Assembly: GCA_030704615.1 (NCBI GenBank)
Contig: CM060732.1
Location: 27,900,001-27,964,000 of the forward strand
From: Takakia lepidozioides
Lineage: Eukaryota; Plantae; Bryophyta
Direction of reading: 5' to 3'
Length of the DNA: 64,000 nucleotides
Both the position numbers and the translations under genes were made by a program. This document shows, one piece after another, positions 1 through 14,800 of this stretch (its first letter is position 1; the number at the start of each line of letters is the position of its first letter). The notes below the pieces were generated by a model. The model made no database searches and was not told the origin of the DNA. It saw nothing but the letters and a program-made list of their open reading frames with translations.

Positions 1-3000
1 GTGGTAGAAAATCCACGCAAGCGGTGAGACCAGGAGAAGGATGATTGCTCTCAAAGGACTACCAGCTTCGAAAGCTACCAGCATGAAGTAGGGGAATGAG
101 CTACGCGATCTAAGCAGAGTTCCATCCAAATCAGATACTATAGTCTGCTGTTCGCGATTCTCGGCCCTGCAGTTGTCCACCACATCAAAAGGCTCATTAC
201 TATGCAAACCTGCCATCGCAGCCTTCCCCATTCTAGCCTTCCAAGCCTGAGACGCCCAGGCCTGAAGGTACTGCAGCAATACACTGACTGCCGAAAAGTC
301 CTCCAGCGTGTCCAACTCTTCTCCCTCCTCCACAACGAGCTCTACAAGTCCCTGGCCGGCCTTGCCTTCACCTCCACCCTTGCTTCCTAAACAGAAGCGG
401 CGCCCACGATCGCCCCTCCGCAGACTGCCAACAACTGTACCCCGTGGCTGCGCACTCCCACAAAAGACGTCGGACACTACGAGCACAGGCCTGCATCGTC
501 CACCGCTGCTCCCCTTAACCGCGGTCACCCTAACCCGCCGACCACTCTCTCTCCCACCTCCCTCCTCCCTCCCTCATTATTTCCTATACGTATTTATTGC
601 GCTGTATCCCTCCACTACCTGTACCAGTTAATACCCCGCTGAAATAATTTATTTTAATTTTAAAATAAAGTTATTATTCTGTACATGAATTAGAAACTGT
701 GATAAAAAAAATATTAGCTGTGGCTAAATCACCCAGCTGTCCTCTGTTTTTTTTTTTTTTCTCCTTTCAATAAACGAAAAACATATCACTTCGATAAATG
801 AAATAAAATAAAGAATATAAGTAAATAAGATTGGATGAACGACGAAATGGATGGAAGTAATGAGAAGAGAGGTGCATTAAAGGGAGCATTAAAAGCGCCA
901 GCACAAGCCCAGCGGACGTGTCCCTCCGTCTTTATCATTCGCTCCCACCCCATCCGACGGCTCCCACCCGCCCACGGGGACAGTGGACGGGTAAGATCCA
1001 CCCATGTGCCAGATGAAGCGGCCCCCAATAAATGAGGCAGGGTCGTGGCGACATGGCCCTTATTTTAGCCCACCCCGCTCTTATTTATGACCGACCTAAT
1101 CACCCTTTCTCATCATCCCAAATTATTATTGCCTTTTCCATTTTCGAATTTCCAAGCAAAAAATAAACCCCCATATTTCACGGACGCTTATTTTAGGGCT
1201 ACATGATGGGCATGATCGCATGTTCGACGAGGGGGAATGGATGAATGAAACATCTATCCCCATCCTTGGGAGAGGGGATTGCGTCCATCACGCCATGCAA
1301 TATACGTACTACCGAGATTTGCAGGTGTATTATACACAAAATCTATAATGGTATAATACACAGGGTATATACCTCGGAAAGAGACAGCCGCACATTAGGT
1401 ATCCGCCGTAGCAGCATCCGGATAGCCTACCCTTCCCGAGCCTCGAGGTCCGGCCCGGACCGAAAATCCCGGGTCGCAACGCGACGGCGTCATTAATGAC
1501 GAGAGAGGGGGGCAGGCCAGGGAATCAAAGGGTAGGTGAGCCGGACCCGCGTTCGTCCCGCGTCAGTCGACCGACAGTCAACCGTCCGGCCGAATCGCGA
1601 CGTACGTCGACGAATACCACTATGCGGCGTCGATCTATGCTCGCGGTGCATCGTGGCCGGTGCCGTGGTCAGCGGCAACGAATCGTACGTGAAGGATGGA
1701 CGGTATGTATAGGTACCCCATACCTGCTACGTACGTACATGAAAATACCTACAAATACCTAGAAGACTCCTACGGGTCTTGTAGGTAGTATGATTACATC
1801 CTGAAGGCGCGATACATCCGGTAATCCCCGACGTTCATTCAGCGTTCATCCGGTTGCCGCGCGTTGGGCCCACGGCACATGGCGAGAACTGAGTAGCGCT
1901 TTAGCTTTAGTGAGGGCGGGCATTGATGCGGCGGAGAGCATGTCGCCTCGCCCGCCCACCTACCCCCCCCTCCTTCACGCCCTCCTTCATCTCTCTGCCT
2001 CCACGCCCAAGCTGGGAAGGCAGCGTGCAGAGATGCAGCCGCTAATCGCTCCTTTGCAGCCTGTCAGCTCGAACCAAAAATCCGGGGCCGTCTATACTTA
2101 TTGAACTCAATGCCACCACGAGAAGGCGTATGGCTGCCGTATGAGGGAGCTCCACTTTCTGCCTCCGTTGGGCACCCATGAAACCCAACGAAGCCTACCT
2201 AGAAGTTGGAAAACATTCTGGAAGGGTCGCAGAAAGAATCTTATACTTCTGCCCAATCTACAATTCAACCTGTGTATCCGATGAAGAATATTGAAATGGG
2301 ATCACGTTTCCCATGAGAGTTGATCTTGTAAGCGTCTAGACAAGCACGGCTTGAATGCAGACTGTACAAAGAGGACAGTTAATATCGGGAATGACGCTGA
2401 CAATTGTCAGTATGTCCCTTACTCCTTCGGTGATTCACAACTACCTGTGTACGCCACTTTTGCCAGATGTATCTGGGAGCTGAGACACGATGTAGGTAGA
2501 TTATGAATATCGAGCAAGGACATAACACAATTAGACCTCGCCTGGCCTACTCCAAGGATGTTTGATTTCAACTGTGATTTCGCCAACTGCCTCTTCAATC
2601 TACAAAGTTCGCTACTTTTGCCCCTCGGACTCTCAGATTGGTATTCTACGAGGAATATTATTCACTATCTACCCCGCATGGGCTCATAGAGTCCCTATCC
2701 CGTTCCGACTAACTGGAAGAATTATGGATGCGTGGGATATACACTCACTGGGCGGGTTCGGGTGGGTTCCCCAAGGGGATAGTGTACGGCTCCATCGTTT
2801 GCTTTCTGACGATCATCAATAGCTCTCACTTGAAAATTGTTATTGTTCTTTTTAAGGGGTTCAATCAGGCTTTTGTAAGCGGTAAAATTAAAAAAAATCA
2901 AATGATTACCCTCGGCCATTCATGGATTTTAGAGTCAGTCCAGGATTGCCAAGCCATCGGAATCTAAGGAGGGGACGCTGTGCTGGGGAAAAAAGGGAAT

Positions 3001-5856
3001 TTTCCAGCAGTGCTTTATGTGCAATAAAAGGCACCCATGGACTCTGAGAAGAGAACTCTCTCTGACATCTGTGTGCACGTACTTTTCTCTATCCACCCCG
3101 AAGGGCATCACACTTCCAATGAAGATGACTTCTGTGCTCTCAACCTGTTGGGCCGTTCCAACTGGCCCTACATTATGGCACCTAACTGTTGTGAGATCTA
3201 GGCAGTCCAGTCCACCCCGGTGGGTTGCAACATGTGAGTGAATGAATGATATTAAACGTGTGCAGGGTGCCGATTGCGCACATGGGAGAGTGAAGGAGCA
3301 GCGGCCATGCTGACTTAGTGCGTTTACGGGACGTTCCGTGAAGTGTAGAGATGGTGAGACTTAATACCTCTGTCCTGTTTAATGCTCTCTGTTTGAACAC
3401 AAATTGCATCCTTTGTGGCTCTCATCACTGGCTATGGGACTGTTGCTGAGCATAACAATGCGCACTAACGCGTCTTAAGAAACAAGTAACCCATTTCTCC
3501 AAAGAAGCCGTGATATACGTACCTACATCACAAGTCTGCCGCTTCTCTGCAGAGCTCCCAAGCTACTTAGAGCTGGCATGCCAATGCGCTGTGCATGGCA
3601 ATTGCAACGGCGACGGCGTGTCTCCTGACTTGTTGTACACTTTGTAAAACAATTGATCTGCACACTTTCTGAAGTAAATGCTAAATACCAGCAAGACAAT
3701 CCAAAGGAATGAATGGCACGGAAAGCAAACTAAGTTAGACATCCCAGGAAATGGCCTCCGACTTATTACGGGACCAGGAAAACACCAAAAAGTCAAGACA
3801 ACGGGGTAAAGTAGATAAAATTAAATCAAATTCACCGTGTCTGATCCGACAACCGGATATTCAATGCCTCAAAGCTCTCCAGTCCACTTGACTGATGGAG
3901 ATCTAGGACCTACGATTGTGGCCACCGGAGCAGTGCCATAAAATGCTTCACAGGGTCACACTAGACAGTCGCGGTCCGACAATGCCCACTACACACAGCT
4001 CCTTAGGACAAGAAAATGTGCTCATGGGCAGCTAAACTTTGATTGCATAATCTTGTACATGGATGCCCAACATCTATCAAGGATCAACAACATGACTACT
4101 TCATGCAGGCAAGAAAAAGCACAGGACCGGACACAACTGGAGAGCTCCATCTCGTTGGATCTTCTTTCAGACCAACCAGACTGCATAAGCTGGGCATAAT
4201 TCTGGGTTACAACTTTGACTCAAAATCGAAGGACCTCAAAAAATAACTAGGGAAGAGAACATTTATCGGATAGTCTTCCTGCATGGGAATTGTAAGCACA
4301 CATGATAGAATGCACCTAGTCATGCTTCAATCAAACCCACCCACTACCAATGAGATCCACGGACTCCCGTGGAACTCAAGGAACTCTTGAGTTCATATGG
4401 TCAATCAGCCAAAGTTCCAGCACTGTGCAAACTTTGACCTGTCCACCGTGCACCAATATTTCAGTGACTATGGATTGTCATATTGATCTTGTCACCTACA
4501 GTAACAGTTGAAGAAGTTGCAGACATCATCTTTCATTCAGGGCGCAGGTCCTAGTCAATGACAGTCCATCCTTTGTGAAGGAGCCGTCTCCAGACCCTCT
4601 CCACTCTGCTCTTAGGTTCAATGAACACTAACAAGAACACAAAAGGAGGCGTCTTGCATATGAGCATATCTGCAGTAAGGTACCGGTAGCCATCCACACC
4701 TGTAGGCCCCTCCCCTCCTCTTCTTTGGACTGCTGTACAGCCTTTCATGAGCAGACAGGACATGAAGGCCGTGTAACAGGCCATGTTAAGAACTACGTGG
4801 AATTCCAACTATGCATACATTTACATTGGTACACAAAGTTATGTACAGCTGGAGAAAGGAACCAGTGTCTGATAGGTGGGTGTGATGGCATACAATTTTT
4901 GCATTTGGCATCCACCCTGCCACTCTGCCAGACTGTAACTCCACCTCTTTAAATTCAGCTCTGCTTGATCGTAGACAATGGCAAAGGTGTAGCTCTCATT
5001 TGGATCTCAGTGATTCACATAAAAAAAATGCTATGATTCAAAGCATTCTTGAGAAAATCCAATTGATGTTAGAGGAAAATCCCAGTACTTGCAGCAAGCC
5101 TCCGTGGCAGTTTGCACCCCCTTCCGTAACATTTTCCCTTCTCTCCCCACCATTCTGCTCCATCCAAACCTGGCTGTGGGGTCTACAGCCAGAAAGCCAC
5201 CACATGCATCACTCTCTCACATACAGCACAAACTTGGCAATCAGAAAGCAGGACCGTAGCCAAGGTTGTTCACCTGTCACTGCACCAAGGGCACTCCACA
5301 AATCCAAACAAGTGGTAACTCTGTATCTCCAGTTCCTTAAGCTTAAGCACTGCAATCCATTACAGAGATCAGTACACACAAAGCTTTCAACACATCCCAC
5401 TTTATCCGCTGATGTGAAGCAAATGGCAAGTTGTTCAGGAAACCCAATTGCAAGGAGCTGTCAAGAAGTCATTCAAGGCACAAAATTGTGCAGAGATCAC
5501 AGACCTAATTGAAAGACAAACTGATACTCAAATAATACTAACCTCTTATTGATGTTAAGCATAGTTGAGTATTGACTTTTTGTGTCTGCCTGCCAAACAA
5601 TGGCCCCGGATAGAAATCACACTATACAAGGGTTCCCCATTCAATGATCTTGCTCAAGCTCCCATGGAGTTGGGCATAACCTTGGACCTGGAGAGAACCT
5701 TCTCTGCCTGTGCATTCCCACTTCCAAGAGCACAAAACTCTGTCAGCCACTAATCCTCCTCAGGCATTGCTGTCGAGTGAAGAAAGCTCTTCAAATTGTA
5801 CAAAGAGACAAGTCTTCTAGAGACTAAAACCTTAGTGTACATTGAGGATACCATAC

Positions 5857-8800
5857 CTATGGCCACGATGCAGCCCCATGCATGAAGTAAAGGCCGCTAG
5901 AGGAGCCAAGCCAGAGACCCCATGTGTGGTCAGCTTCAAAAGGAGGCTCTTCCAAATAACCTCCCCCTTGCAGTTGACTCCGTGGACCTGCAACCAATAC
6001 CAGAAACAAAATTAAGGTGTTTTGTCTGCAAGTTGGAAATTCTCAGGTCTTCACATGAGTATATCTAATCTTCAACTTTCATCCAAGTCCAACTTGCAGA
6101 CAAAACACCTTAATTGTCACAACATTCTCCAACATCGCATCATTTCATCTAGATCCCTTTTATGCTCCATGTATGGCTAAATGATTGAAACAGCACTGTC
6201 TGATGATCTTAGACCAAGTAACCACTTGCTTTCTTCAAGTCGACTCTATTGAGGGAGAACAGGAAGACATCTGGAATTCAAGACAGTGAATACAGGGAAA
6301 ACTTACTTAAGGAAGCTGGCCAGCAGACACACGTAGCAGGAGAGGCAACGCCTTTCTCTGCATGTAGCAACCGTCCCGAAGCAAGGCTCCAAATTCGAAC
6401 CACGCAATCCTCCCCACCTAATAAATATATGTGGGACTGCAAGTTTTAGACAGCAACTCTCCCTGAAAGCAAGGGGATAACGTTTCATATACTTCATCTC
6501 ACATTTGAACAGTCCCAAAATGGATAAGAAGTCAAGTTACTCTGCCCAGATTGTCCCAAAGCCAACACATTTTGGGGCTTGCCAATCCAATTAATATTTC
6601 GCACCAGTCAGTGAGACCTGTGCTGTACTCTTGTGCTTATACATATCATGGGTCTAAAAGCTATATGTGTAAATTTCGCTACAGAGTACATTGGTATATG
6701 ATGGAAATTGCCTCTCGCGTCAATCTCAGTTTACAGCCCAGCTAAGTGGTTTCATTTTGAATTCTGTGTGTTCTGTTTTTAAGACATTCGGGTTATGGTC
6801 GAAGACTTGGATTTGTCAGTTTTCAGACATGTGCTTTTCACGGAAGTATTGGTATTGACACTACTTTGATGAAACCATCATAGATTGTACTCATAAGACG
6901 TTGTTTGCCGTAGCCTTGTGGCCATTGACCCTGCGCCCAGTTTGAGCGGAAACAAAAGGGACAGAACCTACCTCTGTCAGGGGCTGACGTTGGTAGTAAG
7001 ACTTACCTTCATATATAGAATTAATCCGGGTTTTCCAGATATCCTCTAGAAATCCCTTCACACAAGCATCAATCTGCTGTGTGTAATTTGCCCAATAACT
7101 AGGCCTCAGGAGGGCCTGGGCTTTTGGCTCAGCCTCGAGACTTTCAAAGTTGGTAAACAGAGGTACAGGCACAATTCCCTTGATAGATTTGAAGAGAGCG
7201 TCTCTTTGGTGAGAGAACCCCGGACAGTGTATCAGAAAATGAGTACTGTCTTCAGATTGCCCACACAACGGGCAATTGCACTCTCCCTTTCCTCTCTGCT
7301 TCTGTTTGCTGTTCAAAGGTAGGCTTCCTGCCCTGAGTTTAAATTTCAGTCTAGTGCCGAGAGTGGGTAGGCCCTTGAGGTCATCCAAGATGTCCTCCCC
7401 CATGTCACTGACTGGAAACAAGTTCAGGGAAGTTTTCTGCCTAACTTCATTTTCATCAGACAATCTCATGGCAACAGACATGGCTTTGGACACTACAGCC
7501 TCTAAGTCAGATTTATCCAGCAGGGTCAAGACTTGCGGTTCCAGGTCCAGGTCCTTGAGAATCTCTTCTACTCTCTTCCGCCAGGACTTAGCCTGTTTGA
7601 CAGGGAGGTCCTGTTTCCAAGATATAGAGTCGATTAACTTAGGATATCTGGTGTTGGACATATGTTGCAGCTGACCCCACCATCTGACCTTGAATTCATC
7701 TCGTCGGGAGCTTAAGGACGGAATGCCAAACTCACCCCGAACAGCCACATTGGCTGTTTTGGAGCATGCCGACATACACTCCTTCAGCACCCCACTTGAA
7801 TGGATTCTAGAGACTTAGCTTGGTTGGAGTTATCAACCCATATTGCAGATCCGTACTCCAAGGCAGGTCTAATAACGCGACAAAGCATGGTTTTCTTAAC
7901 CTCAGAGTTGACCCCTCTGCAGTGGAAAAATTTAGTGAGCCCCAGAGCTTTGCCCTTGCCAATTTGAACAACTTTCCGGATATGTGCATCCCAATTACAA
8001 TTGGAGGAAAACTCAACGCCCAGGTAAGTGTAGGAAGGGAGGACCGGGATCTCTTGGCTACCCACTGCCACTTAAGATCACTTCCTCCCTCTCCTCTGTC
8101 GTTGAATGCTACCACTGCACATTTGCTGACATTAGCCTCTAGCCCCCAAAGATCAAAGTATCTCTTTGCGCAATCAATCAACTCCTGGAGATTGGTTGGA
8201 GTCTCCCCTATGCCTGCGAAGTCATCCGCAAAGATAAGGGCTGGTATGGTGGTATCACCCACCCTTAACCCAAATCCCTCACTTTCCACATCCTCGAGGA
8301 GTTGATTGATGAAAACATTGAAGAGCAGAGGGGAGAGAGTACATCCTTGAGCTACACCTTGGTCTATGTCAAAGAAGTTGGACTTCTGTCCATTAACAGT
8401 GACACAGCTTTTGGTGTGAGCATACAAGTTGTGGACAACTCTCCACATCTTTCCCTTGATCCACAAGACCAGAGGCGGAACCATAGGCCATCTCTCCACA
8501 CTGTGTCATAAGCCTTTTTGACATCCAGGAAAAAGACATAAGTGGGTTTCCCTTCTTTTTTCCTTCCCTGGATAATCTGGCTTAGAGTGAAGATATGATC
8601 CACACAGCCCCTGTTTCCCGGAAAGCCAGCTTGGCCTTCGTGGAAACAACCTCTAGACTCCAGATCAGCCTCGAGACGAGTACTTATAACTCTGCAGAAT
8701 GTCTTGCCAACAGCATTGAGGAGTGTGATGCCACGGTAGTTCCCCGGTTCTTCTCTGTCACCCTTCTTGTATAGATTGACAATGACCCCCTGTCGCCAGC

Positions 8801-11800
8801 GAAAGGGGATCATTTCAGTCTTCCAGATAAGATTAAAGAGGAGAACTAGGGCCTCTATCATGGGATCGCCACCATGCTTGATAAGCTCGTTGACAATACC
8901 ATCAGGTCCACCAGCTCTACCGCAGACAATTAGTTTCCTCCCAATGATCTTGTCAGCCACAGAGGAAACGAAACTCTCCCAAGAGTCCAATGCTCTTTCG
9001 ACTTCATTTCTTGCGTTGTCAGAGCGAGACTGAAGTTCTTGGAGCGATTGGACAAAATGAGGGAGAGCCTCTAGAGAAGTACTATAATCAGACATCCACT
9101 GTGTGCAGAGAGCTCTATGGTTTTAAGCAAGCACTGGTTTGTGTAAGTAAAAGCTAAAGGCTGACTTGGAGGTCAGTGACCTACAGTCCACATGCTAAAA
9201 AGTAAAATTTCAGTTTTCTGGAAATCCTTGTATGACAGTACAGTGAATACAAATATTGTCTGTCTGTCACTATGAAGAAGGGTGGTTTTTTGAAGGGTTT
9301 CTAACAAACCCCACCACCCACCCCAATCACCCAGACGTGTGAAACAAATCAGGAGCATGACCGTGGTTCAGGAGACAGGTGATGGTGCCTTGCAATGCAA
9401 GGCTGTTTTGTCCTGTTTTCTGATCTGGTCAAGTACTGACAGATCCTTCCTTGTCGTGACAAGACAAACCCTATCTCTCTATTCCCTTTTTTTACTTTCT
9501 CATTGGCAGTGCAACCATGCTATATGTCACATCTGCTCCAACTTAGAGGGTCGGAGGATCCATGCTGAAACATGTTTTTCTCCTGATTTCGATACAATGT
9601 CAATGCCACCGATAACTCCACCTCATTGGAGGGAAATAACCCTGGGGGTCAACTCTACAGTGACTCTACTTTGGAGGGCTGTCATGATAACAGTTCCCAA
9701 GGAAAAGTTGATGGGTACATGCCTGTCCTGGAAAACTTGTGGTTTCGTTAGAAGAAAAAGGAAAAATGCATCTTGACACATCTATATCCATCTACACACT
9801 CCCAAGTTTGCTAACCTGACACAACAAAGGTTTCAGTTGGGTCGACGCCCAGCTGCAATCTGGTATGAGTGTTGCAATGGCCTTCGTATGTCCACACTGC
9901 TCCCCTCTCCACCACGCGTCGATCCCATTGCTGAATCTGCTTTCAAAGCACATGCTTAAATGCCTGAGTCCACAAGAACAAAAGCAGGCTAACATTGTTG
10001 CGAACATAGACCTTGATGTCGTTAGGGCCATAAAAGAAGATGTCTGGAAAATGCCAATATGGAATCCAAATTGAAATTGAATACATACATTTCCGTTCAT
10101 TGCACTTGCAAGCAGATAGTTCTCATCATGCCGCAAAAGCGCCATACTGCCACACACCCACATAGGAAATATGAGGATGCAACCAATTTGCAGCTACCTC
10201 ACATACTCTTGGGTGAGAAGTATGAGGATATTTTCATGACAACACTGGAACACCACTAACTACACAGCAGGCACCCTTTCTAAACTACTACAGACAATGT
10301 AAAGATCCATAATCCAGAAGAGAAACAAAGAAACAAACAGGAAAGAAAAGGAGAAGGAAAAGAAGCAAGGACAAATTAGACAAGGATACAAACAAAAAAA
10401 TGAACACAGATTCATATTGAGCCCGTACACTGAGAACAGCAGTATAGAGTTGGTGACTGTCTCTCACCAAGCTCCCGACAGTGGGTATACATAGAGACTA
10501 TAAACTCAGAAAGATTGTTGTGACAAGGGAAAAGCTGTCTCATGGAAGTGAAGTGGTGATTAATTGGATCCACATTTGAAATTGATCGTACATGTTGAGT
10601 AGGAAAGAAAGGGCTTATCTACCAGCTGATTTAAAACCAAGATTCATTGTCAGGTCAATCAATATATAACCATGTAAGTGCCTAGTACACTCCGAAGTTA
10701 CTCGAGAGTCACTGAAGGTCAATGAATCAATACATTAGAGAACACGGTAGAACCTAGAGGTTGAGCATCACAAAATGATTTTGGCTCCCAGTTTTGAACT
10801 TTCTGAGACACTGCCCTAAGAGTGATTGCACAGGTCACTTACCTACAGATTGCCGATTCCATTCGCATAACCTTTGAATGACTGCAGAAATAGTCATCCA
10901 CTCTTGACTTGTAAGTCTGCTTCCCCTGATGTCACAGAACCCCTGAGCTAGTTATGAAAGGATTCAAAAGCGTAACATGTTTTGCAAACAATTGCTCAAA
11001 GAAATGGGTCAGAAACCATTTATGGAGAGGATCCATGAACTTCAACTGAAAAATTAGAGCATTCAGTAATGTAGCAAGCACAGCAAGAAAAAGCACATCC
11101 AAGGCTTGTGTGTGAGGCTTGAAAAGAGGAAGAAAGGGGCAAACGCATGCTTGCCTGGTTGCCTCCTACTTTGCCACCAAAATATGACCTTCGTGGGTGA
11201 GCCTTGACAATTGAGATGGATTCGTTGCGACTGGACTGCCGTCCAGAACTGCCACGCCCGGAGGGAGAGTTGAATGTCTCATGTGAAGATGATTTTGGAG
11301 GCGGAACCCGCAAATCAATGGTTGAAATAACACCATTGCGAAATCCAGACAAGATGACATTGCCCTGTAATGAGCAAGCGCATTGGCAACCTTCCTGAGA
11401 GGATGACAATAGGTCACAATTTCTAATTTTGTACAAGTGGAAAGAGAACTAGGCAGGTCATATCTACGAGCATACTTACCACTTTGTCAAATTGCTGGGA
11501 AAGGACAGCGCTACTGCCACGACATAGCCATGACAGATCACTTCGCTCCAGTGCTACCAATGCCACCCCTGTACTCATGCCTGCAGGGCTCCACCACGCT
11601 GCACGTTCATGACATGTGTAGCTAGTCTCCCGTGTGGGTGTGTGCAATAGATGAACAATGCCCATACCATACAAACAAAACCTGTTACAAGGAACATAGC
11701 CACCATATTGTTGAAAAAGAATGCAAACCAGAGAGCAGCATCCCAACACTTACCTAGGCTAGCAGCTGTTCCCTTAGGACTGCCCTCAGCCGTCCAGACG

Positions 11801-14800
11801 CTGCACCCAGTCTTGACACACATCGACATCTGAAATGGGAAAGGATAGTTGTGATCCCATTCTCTGATCTCAGGCCCCTGTTTCAAGCTCAGCACGTACA
11901 GGGACCCACTGACTTCAGCTGAGCCTAATGTCGTGACTCTTGAGTGCCAGGGACCTGGTCAAGGCTGCAATAGTTGTGGTGCAAAACTGATCTAATTTAC
12001 AGATGAGTATTCTTCACAGGCTAAATCAACCATGCTAAAGTTCAACCATGCTGTTTATACATCAGACCAAGAAGTAAAGTAAGAACGACGTCCCTGTGGC
12101 CGTAGGAAGAATAGTACAACTTTGCGAAAAAGGCACACACTTCATCTAGAGGTTCTACAAGAGAACCAGACGTGCCTAAAGACCACAGAGGCATTGAGTC
12201 TCAAAGACAAAGTGGCTCCACAGTAACTCCCTTTGATACGAGTTCTATTCTACTATTGCAAACAAGACCCTGCACCCTAACGACAGATTCGTCTATATAC
12301 AGCCAACAAATATAGAGATAGACGAAGACGAGTGGATACAAGGCATTTCTCTGGAGGTGTGCACTATCTTCAGGTGACCCCGCATCACTGCCTTCCCCAA
12401 GCCTCTTTATGGCTGTGATACCTGAAGAAAATCGAGCTTCAATTGATGAGCTAAACCCTGGAGGCTCCCTATCTGGGGGTATCCATACATGGCCATCTGA
12501 CGGGGCACAACGCCGGGGATAAAAAACCTCAGCTTCTTCATCTCCACTTCGTAATGAAGTTATGCATAATCTGACGAGAAATAACTAGGAGTGTTAGATG
12601 CTGTCTGGTGCACTGAAGAGTTGCTAAGCTTCAGCTTCTGTCAGAATGCAATTGCCACCTTTTGGTGCAAAATACCCTATGATACCAATTCGGGGCTTAA
12701 ATGTACCCCTATGCAATGACTAGAGAAAGCTTTGGGTACCAATTGGTATCTGCGCAAAAACTGGATGTCAGAATAGACTTGAATCAATCAGTCTCCAACT
12801 CAATCATAGACCACCAAACAACAGCAGAGCGTACCCAAAGCGGCCGCTGCTGCCCCCAAGAACAACCACATCAGCCTCTTTCTCCCCTTCCTTTGTTTGA
12901 GAGCTTACGCGCAACTGTTGCAAGGCACCATCTGCCCACTTATGTGTCCCACTGTACTCCCAAACCTGTCCACTCACCCAATTTGTGATAATCAGTACTC
13001 TCACTGGTAAGATTTTTAATTGTTCCAAGATACTAATATAAGCCCCAGCATAACTTTTGGGGTAATAATACATCAGGAGAAATGAGTGGCTTCAATGCAG
13101 CAGTCATCTGTACAGCCAATCTGTTGTGTATGCAGGAACAACAATAAGGCATGAGACTTTTGCATCACGACAAGTTTACTGCAGAAATGCTTAAGCTGAG
13201 TTATAGATCATGACCAAAATAAAGATAAAGATACGAAGTAAAGATACTCCTTCCTCTGCAATTTTCAAACTTGTCTCCACTAGAACCAACCTGATGTGCA
13301 CAGGTGGGCAGAGAGATTGTACTCATAAGACGTTTGCCGTAGCCTTGTGGCCATTGACCCCGCGCCCAGTTTGAGCGGGAACAAAAGGGACAGAACCTAC
13401 CTCTGTCAGGGGCTGACGTTGGTAGTAAGACTTACCTTCATATATAGAATTAATCCGGGCTTTCCAGATATCCTCTAGAAATCCCTTCACACAAGCATCA
13501 ATCTGCTGTGTGTGATTTGCCCAAAAACTAGGCCTCAGGAGGGCCTGGGCTTTTGGCTCAGCCTCGAGACTTTCAAAGTTGGTAAACAGGGGTACAGGCA
13601 CAATTCCCTTGATAGATTTGAAGAGAGCGTCTCTTTGGTGAGAGAACCCCGGACAGTGTATCAGAAGGTGGGCAGAGAGAAACATATATAGAGAGAAGAC
13701 AAACCTGGGGATGGGAGGCCTGTGCCTCCAAAAATCTTCTTCGAAATGCCGTACTATTATGGGAAGCACTACTCCTGCTACCACCAAAAAGCTCTCTCCC
13801 ATGCACCAGCTGTAGCACTCCATCTCTCTCACCACCCTTTCCTTTCTCACCTTCTCCATCTTCACCCTCGGGCTGCCCTGTCCCCTACAGCCGATCGAAC
13901 CAAGAAAATGCAGGCTTTAACTCCTACCGGTGTAACTAAACAAAGACAAATGGCAAACATACAGAGGACCAAACAGCAGAAAGTTAACAATCCTAAGAAC
14001 CGTGCTTCACCACAGAGCCCATTCCTCCACAGTGTTTCGGCCTTTGTCCATGAAAGATGACTCCCAAAGAATAATAGGCCCTAGTCCTCGAGGATAGATA
14101 GTATCCTTTCATGAGCATATCACGATAATACCTGACGTGAAGAACTCCCCTCGCTGACAATTTTTTCGGGTATGGCCCTGCCCTGTTTTCGTGGCAGTGG
14201 AAAGTAGCGATTTCGGTCAGGATCGAAGTAGAAACCGGGGAGGTCTGAGCAGCCAAACAGACAACCAACAGGTAGTTACTAGAAACCCAATCTTTCATTC
14301 TGCGAATGTTAGTTGGATTTAGCCAAAGGTTCAGAATCCACATCCATCTACACTGCAGTCATCATTGCTGTTACGGTTGTTTGAAAGTCACATGCACATG
14401 CGCCATTTACACCCTAACCCCTGAATGTTGTAAAAATGATCCCTCTCACTACATTTGTAGACCTAACCTCAGTTGGAACTGGACACAGTCCTTGCTAAAG
14501 AATGCTGGGACTTTTTTGCATAACTGACCAAAGATATTGGGCTCAGGCATAGCTTGCCAAGCAAAAAAGGAAGTGACGCACTCTGCAGAAAATTACTGCC
14601 TGATCGAATAAAATACATGCTCATGCAAGCACATTGATTCCACAAAGCTGTGAAATTTGAAGATATTAGCTCCTGATCCATTGCTCCCTAAGTGCATTTA
14701 ATAAGGCGAAAAAACAATCCTAATGCTGTCACTGAACGGATACAAATATCTAGATCACACTGAAGAGTATTTAACCTTACTTTTGTGGAGTTTGCGAGTG

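Noticed and set aside
1-710. Possible LINE 3' end
   Set aside because: Pyrimidine-rich tract and A-rich end are suggestive, but no recognisable protein motif supports it.
7276-9033. Plus-strand ORFs over the LINE
   Set aside because: Antisense shadows of the RT ORF with no independent motifs.
13323-13865. 180-aa host-LINE fusion ORF
   Set aside because: Its 5' part is the DCAF4 exon read in the wrong frame, running into the intronic LINE fragment.
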